From: a bacterium
Lineage (GTDB): Bacteria; UBA8248
Length of the DNA stretch: 64,000 nt
Direction: 5' to 3'
NCBI GenBank assembly: GCA_965203325.1
Contig: OZ241875.1
Coordinates: 672,001-736,000 of the forward strand
The position numbers were made by a program, and so were the translations under genes. Positions 50,320 through 59,724 of the stretch are shown here, piece by piece (position 1 is the stretch's first letter; each line of letters opens with the position of its first letter). Below the pieces are notes generated by a model. It was given only the letters and a program-made list of their open reading frames with translations, did not search any database and had not been told where the DNA came from.

Positions 50320-51687
50320 TCAGAGTTCCAGCTTTTTCAGGTTCATCGCATGCCGCGCCTCGCGTTCAAAGGCCCGCAGAATCGCGGCGGGACGTTCGCT
50401 GATGGTGCTCAAGTCGCCACCGTCTAGCATGACAATCGCAAGATTCGAGTCGGCCATAATCTTGTTGGCGTAGCGGCGCGCCTCGCTGCCGATGTCCCCT
50501 GTCGTAACGATGACGATCACGTTGCTCTTGAGGAAGTGCGTGAGTCCGACTTCTTTTGCCACATCGTCCAGCGAGACGCGGGCGGTGTTCTTGCACTGCA
50601 CCTGCCACCTGAAATACACGAGGCGAGCGCTTTCGAAGATCAGATCAACCTCCGCACCTCCTGTCTGGTTCGCCCGGAGGCGGGTTGCGACATAGGTCAT
50701 GTCGAGAAGGCGCATGATTTTGAAAGCGAGCGCCTCCAAAGCAAGCCCCGCCCTGTAACGATTCTTGTCATCTATCTCCTTTAGAATGGCGGAGAGCGGC
50801 GTACGCAAGAGTGCTAGAAGCTTCGGATCGGTTTGTCCTTTGAGCTGCTCAAGGAGTGGGTCGACAACATCCGCGATGAGTTTCGGTGTTGGGGCAACTT
50901 GAAAGGGCTTCGCTCCACGCCCCGTGGTCGTTTTCTCGGCGGTGATATAACCAGCTTCCTCCAGATCGTTGAGGACGAGCTTCGGTAAGCTCTTCTCAGG
51001 GAACTTGACACCATAGGTTGCAGCAGCGAGCTTGGCAATCTCATTTGCGCCCTGGGGCTCGCTCGTTCCTGTATTGGCCAGGGCACGCAAGAAAGCGCGT
51101 TGTTCGGGTGTAAGACCAGCCAGAACTTCGAACTCATCGGGATTAAGCCCGAGGATGTCCTCAACTCGATGCGGGTCGATCTGCCAACGACTTCCGACAA
51201 AGACACCGGCCTTGGCAAGCCAGAGGCGCATCATGCTCGGATGTTTCCCACCTGAAGGGTAATGAACGCCACGCGCGGCGAGTCCCTGGCGTAGCGTGGT
51301 GAGATTCACCTGCTCTCCCGCAGCCACCATGTCCTGAATGCAGCGTACGAGCGTCATGCCGTGAAGGTTTAGAAGAATATGTTTTGCGAGGCACTCATAG
51401 AGAGCGGCCTCGTCGTCTATTAAGGTGAGAAGCTGTTGTCCAAAAGGTGTCAGCGACGCTTGGCGGTCAATGATGCCATAGGCGATCATCCCGAGCTTCG
51501 TGTTGTTGGCAAGTTTGCCGCGGTTATATTCACTAGTCTTGTGTCCCTCGAAATAAGCTTCCCGCACTTCATTTTCAAAGGCACGCCAGTCCCCTCCGTG
51601 AATGTCGGCGAACTCCAGCACGACCGGAAGCTCGATCTGCGAGGGAGAGAACTCACTGCCGAAGGGAAGGTCGCTTTTCTTTCTCAC
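50320..51687 (-). CDS. Restriction endonuclease with C-terminal Mrr-type PD-(D/E)xK domain
   Basis: GLALEALA...GGAEVDLIF...WQVQCKNT...VIVIVTTG...MLDGGDL; directly upstream of the MTase. Confidence 0.8.
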   Translation of the reverse strand: MRKKSDLPFGSEFSPSQIELPVVLEFADIHGGDWRAFENEVREAYFEGHKTSEYNRGKLANNTKLGMIAYGIIDRQASLTPFGQQLLTLIDDEAALYECLAKHILLNLHGMTLVRCIQDMVAAGEQVNLTTLRQGLAARGVHYPSGGKHPSMMRLWLAKAGVFVGSRWQIDPHRVEDILGLNPDEFEVLAGLTPEQRAFLRALANTGTSEPQGANEIAKLAAATYGVKFPEKSLPKLVLNDLEEAGYITAEKTTTGRGAKPFQVAPTPKLIADVVDPLLEQLKGQTDPKLLALLRTPLSAILKEIDDKNRYRAGLALEALAFKIMRLLDMTYVATRLRANQTGGAEVDLIFESARLVYFRWQVQCKNTARVSLDDVAKEVGLTHFLKSNVIVIVTTGDIGSEARRYANKIMADSNLAIVMLDGGDLSTISERPAAILRAFEREARHAMNLKKLEL

Positions 51688-52419
51688 GGCTTAATCCCTT
51701 CTGTGAGGCAGCTCAATACTCTCTTTCTTTCTTTTGCTTGACTTAGCGTGATCGGGTATGGGGCATGGCTGAGGGGATCCAGATAGTCGCTGACATCTCT
51801 TCGGATGCTGTGGGTGGTAGATACGTCGTGGGCGTTCGCGAACGTGGTCACGCGACTATGGTGTGATTTCCTGAAGCTGGCACCGAGATTTGCGGTCGGC
51901 TTGGCCTCTCGTGGCCGAGGCATGAGTTTCAACTCCCCGTCGGGCGGGACTTGTGTATCCTACATTAAATTGGCGCAGTGTGAAATATCGTCTTCGAGAT
52001 TTGCTGCCATATCCGGTGAAGTTCTTTTCTAAAATAATAGTGGTTAATCCGCAGCAGCTCTTCTTTATTTCGCAGGCGTGCACACTTGCACTCTGGAAGT
52101 GCGAGCACGATGATAACGCCGATTTGCTCCGCTTGGCTCGCAAGTTCCGAACTCTTTACACTGTCCTTCGCGACGGCTATCGCCGCGATTTGGCTCCTGG
52201 CGTTTACCGATTGCCACCGCTGTGAAATGCTTAATCTGCGCAACGCCACGAGTCAGATTAGCACCAAATCAATACAGCCCGACTAGTATCAGGTAACCCG
52301 CCTAGTTTAGACGGTCCCTTGCATGAGAAATCCGGTCATGATACCGGCAACAGAGAAGACGTAGCAATCTCGTAAGTACTGCAGTCAAAACAAACTTTGG
52401 ACGTCAAGGATATACACTC

Positions 52420-53862
52420 ATGAGCGACCAACCTCCTGTCTTTTCCTCTGAAAAACTTATTCAAGATGAGAAAATCACTTTCGTTATAGACACCAATATC
52501 TTAATTGGGTTTGAGCCAATTGCTCAGATCGATTGGCGACTCCTCTGCCCGAATGCAAGATCAATAGGCATAGTAGTGCCGAATACGGTAGTCCGTGAGA
52601 TGGACGGACATAAGAAGAGTAATATTAATCGTAATCGTAAACGCGCCCTTGACTTCAACAAGTTCCTGAAAAAGATCGAAGATGGGAACGGTAAAGATAC
52701 TACATTGCAAAGCAATCACGTCGCTCTGCGCCTAATACTTATGCCGCTCTATGCGCAGAATAATCTCCCTCTAGAAAAGCTTTCGCTTGAAATCGCCGAT
52801 GATATAATCGTCGCTGAGACTCTGAAATTTACTCAGGATCATCCAGATGCCATTTTTCTTGCCGATGATAACAATGCACGCCGAACGGCGCGTGAGATGG
52901 GCATCAAGGTTGCACGTCCAGCAGAAGAGTGGCGGCGCAAAGAGCCAAGAGATTGGCGCGACGCTCGAATTGAGGAGCTGGAACGTCAACTCGGTGCAAT
53001 GCCAGAACTTTCGCTTGAGTTGCCCACGGGAGACGTCAATACGGTCATCTTTGAAATGCTTCACCCCAAAGCAATTCCCGACGCATTTTGCGACCGCGTA
53101 GCTAATTTGATCCTCGAAAGGAACCCGGGCTTTAGCCGGGACGAACTTATGGAGCGCCACAACTTGTCAGTTGTGCAAAAAAAACGCACATTTTCTGTTT
53201 CTGATTTTTTCTCCGTCTCGGTGAACGACATCGACAAATATTGTAACGACTACCAGGAATTCAAAGAACGAGTCATCTCATGGTCGAAACGGCTGCCTGA
53301 GTTACTGAATCAAATCGATTTTGTTGCGCCAATACAACTAGAGATTGCCAACGAAGGTCACGCTTTTGCGGAGCATGTTGAGGTGACCGTTTCAGCTTCT
53401 ACGGGATACCGTTTCATCTCTGATGATTTCGTCCGTTCCTATCTCGAACTCAGGCACAAGCCGCCGGATCCGCCGTCGAGAGTTAGAAGCATTTCACATA
53501 TCCCGAATTTCTTTGAGCAGCAACGGCTTCACCAAAAAGACCCGTCCAGATTTTATTTGCATGATAAACCCGGCAAGAATCGAGTGGTATCTGATATTTC
53601 TTATGAATGCGAGCGCTTTCGGCATGGCGGTGTGGCTGTTCTTTCCAGTGCTTTGCTCCAGGAAAACAATGCGCCGTCAGGTGGATTATTGACTGTTCGG
53701 GCGTCCAGCGCCACTTTAGCCGACCCGGTCGAAGTTAACTGTCCGATAAGAGTAGAACAGGGGCAACGGTCGAAGAACTTCAAAGAATATCTTTGGAGTC
53801 GACTATTTTTCTTTCCTGAAGAGGTACGCGATTCAATTTCGACAGCTCTTGAGGATTTTTGA
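52420..53862 (+). CDS. PIN-domain protein with long uncharacterised C-terminal region
   Basis: FVIDTNIL, VVREMDGHK, ADDIIV, FLADD (PIN acidic residues). Confidence 0.8.
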   Translation: MSDQPPVFSSEKLIQDEKITFVIDTNILIGFEPIAQIDWRLLCPNARSIGIVVPNTVVREMDGHKKSNINRNRKRALDFNKFLKKIEDGNGKDTTLQSNHVALRLILMPLYAQNNLPLEKLSLEIADDIIVAETLKFTQDHPDAIFLADDNNARRTAREMGIKVARPAEEWRRKEPRDWRDARIEELERQLGAMPELSLELPTGDVNTVIFEMLHPKAIPDAFCDRVANLILERNPGFSRDELMERHNLSVVQKKRTFSVSDFFSVSVNDIDKYCNDYQEFKERVISWSKRLPELLNQIDFVAPIQLEIANEGHAFAEHVEVTVSASTGYRFISDDFVRSYLELRHKPPDPPSRVRSISHIPNFFEQQRLHQKDPSRFYLHDKPGKNRVVSDISYECERFRHGGVAVLSSALLQENNAPSGGLLTVRASSATLADPVEVNCPIRVEQGQRSKNFKEYLWSRLFFFPEEVRDSISTALEDF

Positions 53863-53961
53863 CGAACGCAGCAAGAGGTCACACCACCTCCAGTGTTTTG
53901 TCACTGACTCACGATCTTTGCCATCATTTCGAATCTTAGAATCTGGCTCAGAGAAGCCGAA

Positions 53962-54303
53962 TTACAAGCTGTCGCTCCCCGAATCCGCCCTCTCTTGTGA
54001 TTCATTTGCCGACTTGCCCGGCAATTCCGGCGCGACTTCGGAGATATTCCTGCTGATTTGTTGGATTTCTTTCTCCCGTCCGGCCTTCTCCATGTCGCGT
54101 ATTATTGCTTGTGCGACGAACATTGCGGATCGTAACAGATGAATTTCCGCCTCCGTACGGGGCCATTCGCGGCGATCCAGGGACTCCATGACGAGCTCGA
54201 CCACCAGTCGGTTAGGCGACATTTCGCGCTTTTCGGCCTCATTTTCAATTCGTTTCCACTGTTCGGGCGTGACCCTGATGTTCTTCTGTATCGTCTGAAC
54301 CAT
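53962..54303 (-). CDS. Ribbon-helix-helix-like protein (possible relaxosome accessory)
   Basis: MVQTIQKNIRVTPEQWKRIENEAEKREMSPNRLVVELV (strand + two helices); AGGAG RBS; next to the oriT-like site. Confidence 0.65.
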   Translation of the reverse strand: MVQTIQKNIRVTPEQWKRIENEAEKREMSPNRLVVELVMESLDRREWPRTEAEIHLLRSAMFVAQAIIRDMEKAGREKEIQQISRNISEVAPELPGKSANESQERADSGSDSL

Positions 54304-54685
54304 CCGTTTCGCCGCTCCTGTCGTGAAGATTTCATCCGTTCCGGTCGCAAAACGACCGCAAAAATTCTCATTTCTTGCACCAAACACACCCACTTCGTGT
54401 CCCCAAATGATATCCGTGACGCCGTTTCACAAACTACCAAAATGGTATCCTTCATAGCGCAGCGCACCCCTGACGCGTATGCTCATAGCATACGCGCAGG
54501 AAATCCCCGTGTTACAACGTATTACCGCCGCATTGCATATGGCATGCGCGATCTTTCAAGTGCCTGGATTTCAACAGGATACGCGGAATACCAAATTGGT
54601 ATCACCTTGCCCAGTGTAAAGGAGGCAGGATTTGGCGTCGTTTGAGCAAGGCGCTGCATGACAGGCGCACGCCTGGTTTGCACCA

Positions 54686-54710
54686 GCAGCACGCTGCGTG
54701 GGGTGTACAA
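54686..54710 (+). other. Candidate MOBF oriT nic site
   Basis: gcagc-ac-gctgc-gtggggtgt; TGCGTGGGGTGT (54695-54706) is identical to the F-plasmid nic-proximal sequence, preceded by a short IR as in R388. Confidence 0.7.
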
Positions 54711-54987
54711 CCCGAAGCGCCTAAGGGCGGCTAGCGGCGGATTCCTGGGAACGAACGACAGGGGAATTTTCGCCGGAGAGAATGGCGAGCGGGAGCCGCC
54801 GCGGCGATTGAGCGGACAGAGCGAGTGGCAAGAGGGAGTGAGGGTGTCGGAGCTTGCGCCTGGATTTACAAGCGGCGGACGCACGGGGCGCTGCAACTTG
54901 CGCTTTTCATCACAAGCAGACGAACGACACGGGAAGCAACGGGCCGCGCCGCCGGGCGACGACGACGCGACCCGAGGAGTGTTCGCA

Positions 54988-55947
54988 TCAGGCGGCCACG
55001 CGTTGCACGGTGATGCCGAGCGCTCTGGCCTTGTCGACGAGGTTGTCGGTGATGCCCGAGCCGGGGAACGCGATCACGCCCTTGGGGAGGAGGGAGAGCA
55101 GCTCGTCGTTGCGCCGGAAGGGAGCGGCCCGGCCGTGTGCATCCCAGTCGGGCTTGCAGACGATCTGGTGGACGCCGTTCCGCTCGGCCCAGCCGGCTGC
55201 AATCTTCTCGGCGCCGGGGCCGCCGCCGTGGACGAGGACGACGTCGGCGTACTTGGCCTTGACCTTGTCGAGATGCGCGATGATTTTGCCCGCGTCGTTC
55301 GCCTCCTTGCCTCCCGCGACGGCGACGAGGGTTCCCTGGGGGAGGTGGGCGGTGTTCTCGCGGTCCTTTTTCGCGCGCTGGAAGTCACGCGCCTCGATCA
55401 CCGCCGATGTGAGCTTGCCGGTCTGCGAGACGTGCGATCCTCGCCGGGGCCGCCATACCTCGCCGGTCTCGACGCGGTAGGCCTCTGCGGCCGTGTCGCG
55501 CAGTCCTTCGAACGCGTCGCGGCGGGCGGTGAGATTCTCGGCCCGGTCGGTGGCGAGTTCGAGTTCGCGGGAGCGGATCTCGGAGCCGTCCTGTTCGCGC
55601 TGCAGTTCACGGATGCCGGGGATGAGCTTGTCGGCGGCGCGGTCGAGCCGCTGTGTCTGGGCGTCGAGGGTGTTGACGAAGCCCCACAGGAGACTCGCCC
55701 GCTCGTCGGCCAGTTGCGTGCCGTCGGGCGCGGCCTCGGCGAGCAGGTGGAATGCCTTGAGGACGGCGGCGGTGGACTCCGCTTCGCCCCACACGGGGCG
55801 GTTGTCGAACTCGTCAGGGCCGGGGGTCGCGCCGAAGAGGGCGGCCTGTTCGCAGACCATGGCGGTGAAGGATTCGTTCTGCGCTTCGATGTTGTCAACC
55901 TCGTGCATGATGCTCTCCTTGTGGTCGTGTGTCGCGGTGGCAGTCAT
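54988..55947 (-). CDS. DUF2493 / YspA-like SLOG-domain protein
   Basis: VAVAGG, LVHGGGPGAEKIA..WA, PDW..HGRAAPFRRNDELL, FPGSGIT. Confidence 0.85.
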   Translation of the reverse strand: MTATATHDHKESIMHEVDNIEAQNESFTAMVCEQAALFGATPGPDEFDNRPVWGEAESTAAVLKAFHLLAEAAPDGTQLADERASLLWGFVNTLDAQTQRLDRAADKLIPGIRELQREQDGSEIRSRELELATDRAENLTARRDAFEGLRDTAAEAYRVETGEVWRPRRGSHVSQTGKLTSAVIEARDFQRAKKDRENTAHLPQGTLVAVAGGKEANDAGKIIAHLDKVKAKYADVVLVHGGGPGAEKIAAGWAERNGVHQIVCKPDWDAHGRAAPFRRNDELLSLLPKGVIAFPGSGITDNLVDKARALGITVQRVAA

Positions 55948-55977
55948 CGTTCACTCCTTTCAGTGGTTGGGTTGTCC

Positions 55978-56352
55978 TCAAGCGAGGGGATGGTTGAATT
56001 CGGGAAGAGCGTAGCCACGCTCGTTGCGCCCCACTTCTTTCGGCATCTCGTCGAGATACCTGGCGGCCCACTCGGCGGCGCGCGCGAGTACGTCGCCGTG
56101 GCACGGGAGGGGATGGCAGTGGCAGCCGAGCTTGCAGCCTTGCAGGTCGGCGAGTTCGTAGAGGTCCTGCTCTTCGCGCCGGATTCTTTCCCACAGCCAT
56201 CGCCGGTATTTCTCGATGACCTCGCTGCGGGAGCCGTCCTGGCCGATGCGGAAGGGGTTTCCCCACTTGGTCATGCGGTCGATCCTGACCAGCAATCCGC
56301 CGCCGAATTGAGGCGCAACATAGTCGTTCAAGTTCACCACGGTGGTTTCCAT
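55978..56352 (-). CDS. DUF4326-family protein
   Basis: IDRMTKWGNPF, VIEKYRRWL, LGCHCHPLPCHGDVL. Confidence 0.88.
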   Translation of the reverse strand: METTVVNLNDYVAPQFGGGLLVRIDRMTKWGNPFRIGQDGSRSEVIEKYRRWLWERIRREEQDLYELADLQGCKLGCHCHPLPCHGDVLARAAEWAARYLDEMPKEVGRNERGYALPEFNHPLA

Positions 56353-56387
56353 GCCTTTCTCCTTTCCAGAGAGTTAACGGATTCGCT

Positions 56388-56578
56388 TCTTAGCGCCCCA
56401 TTTTCAGCACGTGGTAGGCGTGGGCGTCAGGGGCGGTTTTCAGTCTTTTTTCACCCGGAGGGCGCGCAGCGGAAAAAATCCACGCTTCACCGATTTTTTC
56501 TGAAAAAAGATGCTTTTGCGTTTTTTGCAAAAGCACCCTTGACCCCGCGCCGTGCGTGCTAAAATGGGAGCGCTAAGA
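56388..56578. promoter_or_regulatory. Frpo-like single-stranded-DNA promoter (long imperfect hairpin)
   Basis: Arms tcttagcgc-cccatttt-cagcacg...gtcagggg and cccttgac...cgtgct-aaaatggg-agcgctaaga pair. The 3' arm carries TTGACC and TGcTAAAAT; nested A/T-rich hairpins inside. Confidence 0.65.
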
Positions 56579-56874
56579 GAGAGAGGGTAGTACCGCCACC
56601 GGGACACAAGAGCTTTTGGTGTTTCACGATGAAGGCGAAGCTCATCGGGAAACAGTCTCTCATGCTGCGGAAAGGGTCATTTCGGGCCGTTTTTTCCGGC
56701 CCGAAATTCCCGCAGCGGGGGGTGGACTGAGCCACTATCCAGAACATGGAATGAGTGCAGGTGCATGCCGGTTTTCCGGGAACATGGTTCATCGTTCACG
56801 GAACCGGAGGATTTACCGGGTGTTCCCGGTAGACGAGAGAGCAGGCAGGGCGGACTTCCTCTGGATAAGGAGCA

Positions 56875-56909
56875 TAAGAAAAGGGCTGACGCCGAAGCGC
56901 CAGCCCCTT
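56875..56909 (-). terminator. Intrinsic terminator after ssb
   Basis: gggctg...cagccc stem with a U-rich tail on the minus strand. Confidence 0.55.
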
Positions 56910-56916
56910 GAAGCGC

Positions 56917-57369
56917 TCAAAATGGAATTTCTTCGCCCACAACGCCGGCGGGCACCGCCACGTCCGCCGTCTCGGGGTGCGCGCCGTTGCCGTTACCGTT
57001 GCCATTGCCGTTCCCGTTCACCTTGTCGAGGAACTGCACGCGCCCGCCCGGCGCGATGAGGATCTCGGTCGAGAACCGGTCCGAGTCTTCCCCGTCCTTC
57101 TTCCAGCGCCTGGTCTGGAGCTTGCCCGCGACGTAGATCAGGCGGCCCTTCTTCGCGTGCTTCTCGAACATATCCACCAGGCCGGGCTGGAAGGTCACGA
57201 CCCGGTGCCACTCGGTCTTGTCCACCCGCTCGCCGCTCTGCTTGTCGACGTAGCCCTCGTCGGTCGCGATCGAGAGGTTCGCCACGCGCCCCCCGCTCGT
57301 GAGGTGGTTGACGGTGACGTCGGCGCCGAGACGCCCGATCAGTTCCGCTCTGTTGAGTCCGAATGCCAT
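56917..57369 (-). CDS. ssb: Single-stranded DNA-binding protein
   Basis: LNRAELIGRLGAD, TEWHRVV, KGRLIYVAGKLQTRRW, C-terminal EEIPF; AAGGAG RBS. Confidence 0.95.
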   Translation of the reverse strand: MAFGLNRAELIGRLGADVTVNHLTSGGRVANLSIATDEGYVDKQSGERVDKTEWHRVVTFQPGLVDMFEKHAKKGRLIYVAGKLQTRRWKKDGEDSDRFSTEILIAPGGRVQFLDKVNGNGNGNGNGNGAHPETADVAVPAGVVGEEIPF

Positions 57370-57445
57370 GATGATTCTCCTTCGTGGTGTGGATGATGAA
57401 GTGGAAGGGGCCGGGAAGCCTCTCTCCCCGATCCCCCGATCTGTC

Positions 57446-57577
57446 CTATTCCCTCCTGAACTCCTCCTCGCCCCCCGCCTCGTCGCGAATCTTGCGGATC
57501 GTGTACGCGTCGAGTCCGAGTTCTGCGAGCAGTTCGTCCGTGGTGGGAACATCGACGTCGAAGTCGTTCTCGTACAT
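57446..57577 (-). CDS. Small acidic protein (43 aa)
   Basis: AGGAGG RBS, then MYENDFDVDVPTTDELLAELGLDAYTIRKIRDEAGGEEEFRRE*; below the ORF-track cut-off. Confidence 0.55.
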   Translation of the reverse strand: MYENDFDVDVPTTDELLAELGLDAYTIRKIRDEAGGEEEFRRE

Positions 57578-58338
57578 GGCCAAGCCTCCTGTCAGGGTTG
57601 TCGCCGGCGGCGGGAGCGGGAGACCGTCTCCCTCTCCCCTGCCGGGCCTTTGCCCGGCTCCCCGCTTCGCTCCACCTCTCCCCCGCGGAGGTTCAAGTCC
57701 GGTGAGGACCGCCAGCGGACCTTGAGCGGCCTCCGTCCCGACCGGGTAGCTCCGGAGAGAGACGGGAGCGGAAGCCCACCCGGGCCGGCGCGCGGTACGG
57801 GGTTCGGATGAGATGAGGGATGGGCGAACGGAGACGTATCGAGTGGGGTGGGGTTCGGGGCGGCGACGTTCCTGTCACCGCCGGTGAGGTTTATCGTCGG
57901 TGATCTAGTGCCGCAGACCGGGGTGTCGGCGTTGATGCTGCCGGGGCAGGGTTGCCGGGTTAGCTCCGCGCCGCCTGGCGGGTCGGGATTATGCTCGGCG
58001 CCTTCGTCACCGATGGCGGGACTGCTCTGCCGGGTTGCGCCCGCCCCGTGTGGTCGTATCCGGACTCGCGGCCAGACCCCCCGCCCGCCGTCCTGCGCGG
58101 CGCGCCCGGGTCCGGTTGGCGGCACAGCGGGGTGGCCTTCCCCCCGCTTCCGGCGAGGGCGAGAAGGAACCCGGAGGGTTTCGGGACGGCGATACGTATC
58201 CGACGGGCGGCGGCGGCGAGGCTGGGCGGCGACCCCCCGGCGGCAGGCCGGCTGCGCAGCAGGGCGACGCTATTCCTGCGCCGCCCCCCCGCCAGACGTA
58301 TACAGGCCGGCGGCACGTGCAGGCGCGGCCGCCGAGAC

Positions 58339-59148
58339 TCACTCCCAGGCAGCAAGGCTGGACATGATGGGCTCATCCACCACGACCTCGACCTGATCCC
58401 GAGAGAGCTTGGCGAAGGCGAGGCACATGGCGACCTCCTCCCAGGAGTCGAGGGGGCCGTGCTCCTCGCCCGTGGCTAGTTCGACCACGGTGAAGCGCGG
58501 CGGATAGACGGGCATCCCCTTGTGCTCTCCCGATGAGTGATACGATCGGCGCGCGCAGGGAGTACATCTCACCCCTGCGTCCGCATGGGCGCCGCAGTCG
58601 ACGCAAAGCGACCGTGCCCGCCTGTCGCGATAGCGCTTCCTGCTGGCGGTGTTCTTGCGCGGACGGCGCTTTACGTCCCTTGCGGCGCACGAAGCGCACG
58701 TCGAAGCCTCATCGACGACTTCCGCACCACACCGACCGCATCGCCCCCCGGCGCGTCTTTTGGCGTAGAGTTTCCTCTCCGCCGCCCGCCGCGATTCCCG
58801 GCAGGGTTCGCAGACGGCGCCAGCCTCGACGGGCTCGCGTCCGCAGCGCGGGCACAAGCCGGCCTCCACCCGCTCGCGCCTGCGCTTCCTCGCCCTCTCG
58901 CGCGCCATGCGGCGGCGGCTCTCGGGGTCGCGTCCGCCATATGGGGCTCCCCCCGCTCGGGCTTCGGCGTATCGGGCGCGTCGGGTCTCCCGGTCCCTCT
59001 CTCCGCATGGCTCGCACAGACTGCGCCCGGGCGCGGGAGGAATCTTTCCGCACCGGGGACACATGCCCCGCGCGAGGCGGTCGGCGGTGCGTTTGCGGTG
59101 GCGCTCGCGCTCATAAGCGCGTCGTCTTTCCGGGTTCTTGTGAGGCAT
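58339..59148 (-). CDS. Arg-rich protein with four CxxC-x(10-11)-CxxC zinc-finger repeats
   Basis: CPRC..CEPC, CPRC..CEPC, CGRC..CASC, CVDC..CTPC; GAGG RBS before MPHKN. Confidence 0.75.
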   Translation of the reverse strand: MPHKNPERRRAYERERHRKRTADRLARGMCPRCGKIPPAPGRSLCEPCGERDRETRRARYAEARAGGAPYGGRDPESRRRMARERARKRRRERVEAGLCPRCGREPVEAGAVCEPCRESRRAAERKLYAKRRAGGRCGRCGAEVVDEASTCASCAARDVKRRPRKNTASRKRYRDRRARSLCVDCGAHADAGVRCTPCARRSYHSSGEHKGMPVYPPRFTVVELATGEEHGPLDSWEEVAMCLAFAKLSRDQVEVVVDEPIMSSLAAWE

Positions 59149-59239
59149 GGGATTTTCCTCATGCGTTGGAGAAGTCGTACAGACGGCGCCGGGCCGGCGA
59201 GACGTCTTGCGGGCGGAAGTCCTCCCGGGTGGGACTTCC

Positions 59240-59536
59240 TCACCGGGTGAGCATCCGGGCCCACACGAGGTGCTCGCCCCAGAGCTGCAGCCCGCTGCCG
59301 GGGACCCGGAGCCCCGTGCAGACGATGAGTTCGTCCCGCGCGGGCCGCATCTCGCGTACGGCTTTCCGCGAGGCCGTAGCTCTCTTCGTCTTGCGCCTCC
59401 CGCTCTCCCTGTCGGGCACGGGCCTGATGTCGCCATCGGCGGACTTGTAGCGTTTCACTTCGTAGCGTTCGTCCGCCAGGCCGCGGGTGAAGAGATGGGT
59501 GAGGAAAGTACTCGCTTCGGGTCCGGGTTTTCGCAT
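59240..59536 (-). CDS. Hypothetical protein
   Basis: AAGGAGG RBS, 98 aa, same orientation as neighbours. Confidence 0.5.
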   Translation of the reverse strand: MRKPGPEASTFLTHLFTRGLADERYEVKRYKSADGDIRPVPDRESGRRKTKRATASRKAVREMRPARDELIVCTGLRVPGSGLQLWGEHLVWARMLTR

Positions 59537-59724
59537 CGCGCGCCTCCTTGGGTGGGTGGATGATGGCGGCGGAGGCGAGCCTCGAACGCGAGAAGACTCC
59601 CTCCCGGCTCCCCTCCGCCGCCCCCTCCCGGTCGGACTCGGCCTCCCGGTGGCGCAGAGCCACCCTCAGCGGGAAAGACGGCGGTCCGTTCGTTCAGGGT
59701 GGTCTTCGTTCGGCCCGGGGGCTT

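Noticed and set aside
51684..52300. Possible controller (C) protein upstream of the restriction gene
   Set aside because: The short ORFs show no convincing HTH or C-box.
54658..56562. 634-aa plus-strand ORF
   Set aside because: Antisense to the well-supported SLOG and DUF4326 genes; no recognisable domain.
57685..57710. GGTTCAAGTCC resembling a tRNA T-loop
   Set aside because: Flanks do not form a T-stem or cloverleaf; no tRNA or att site could be supported.
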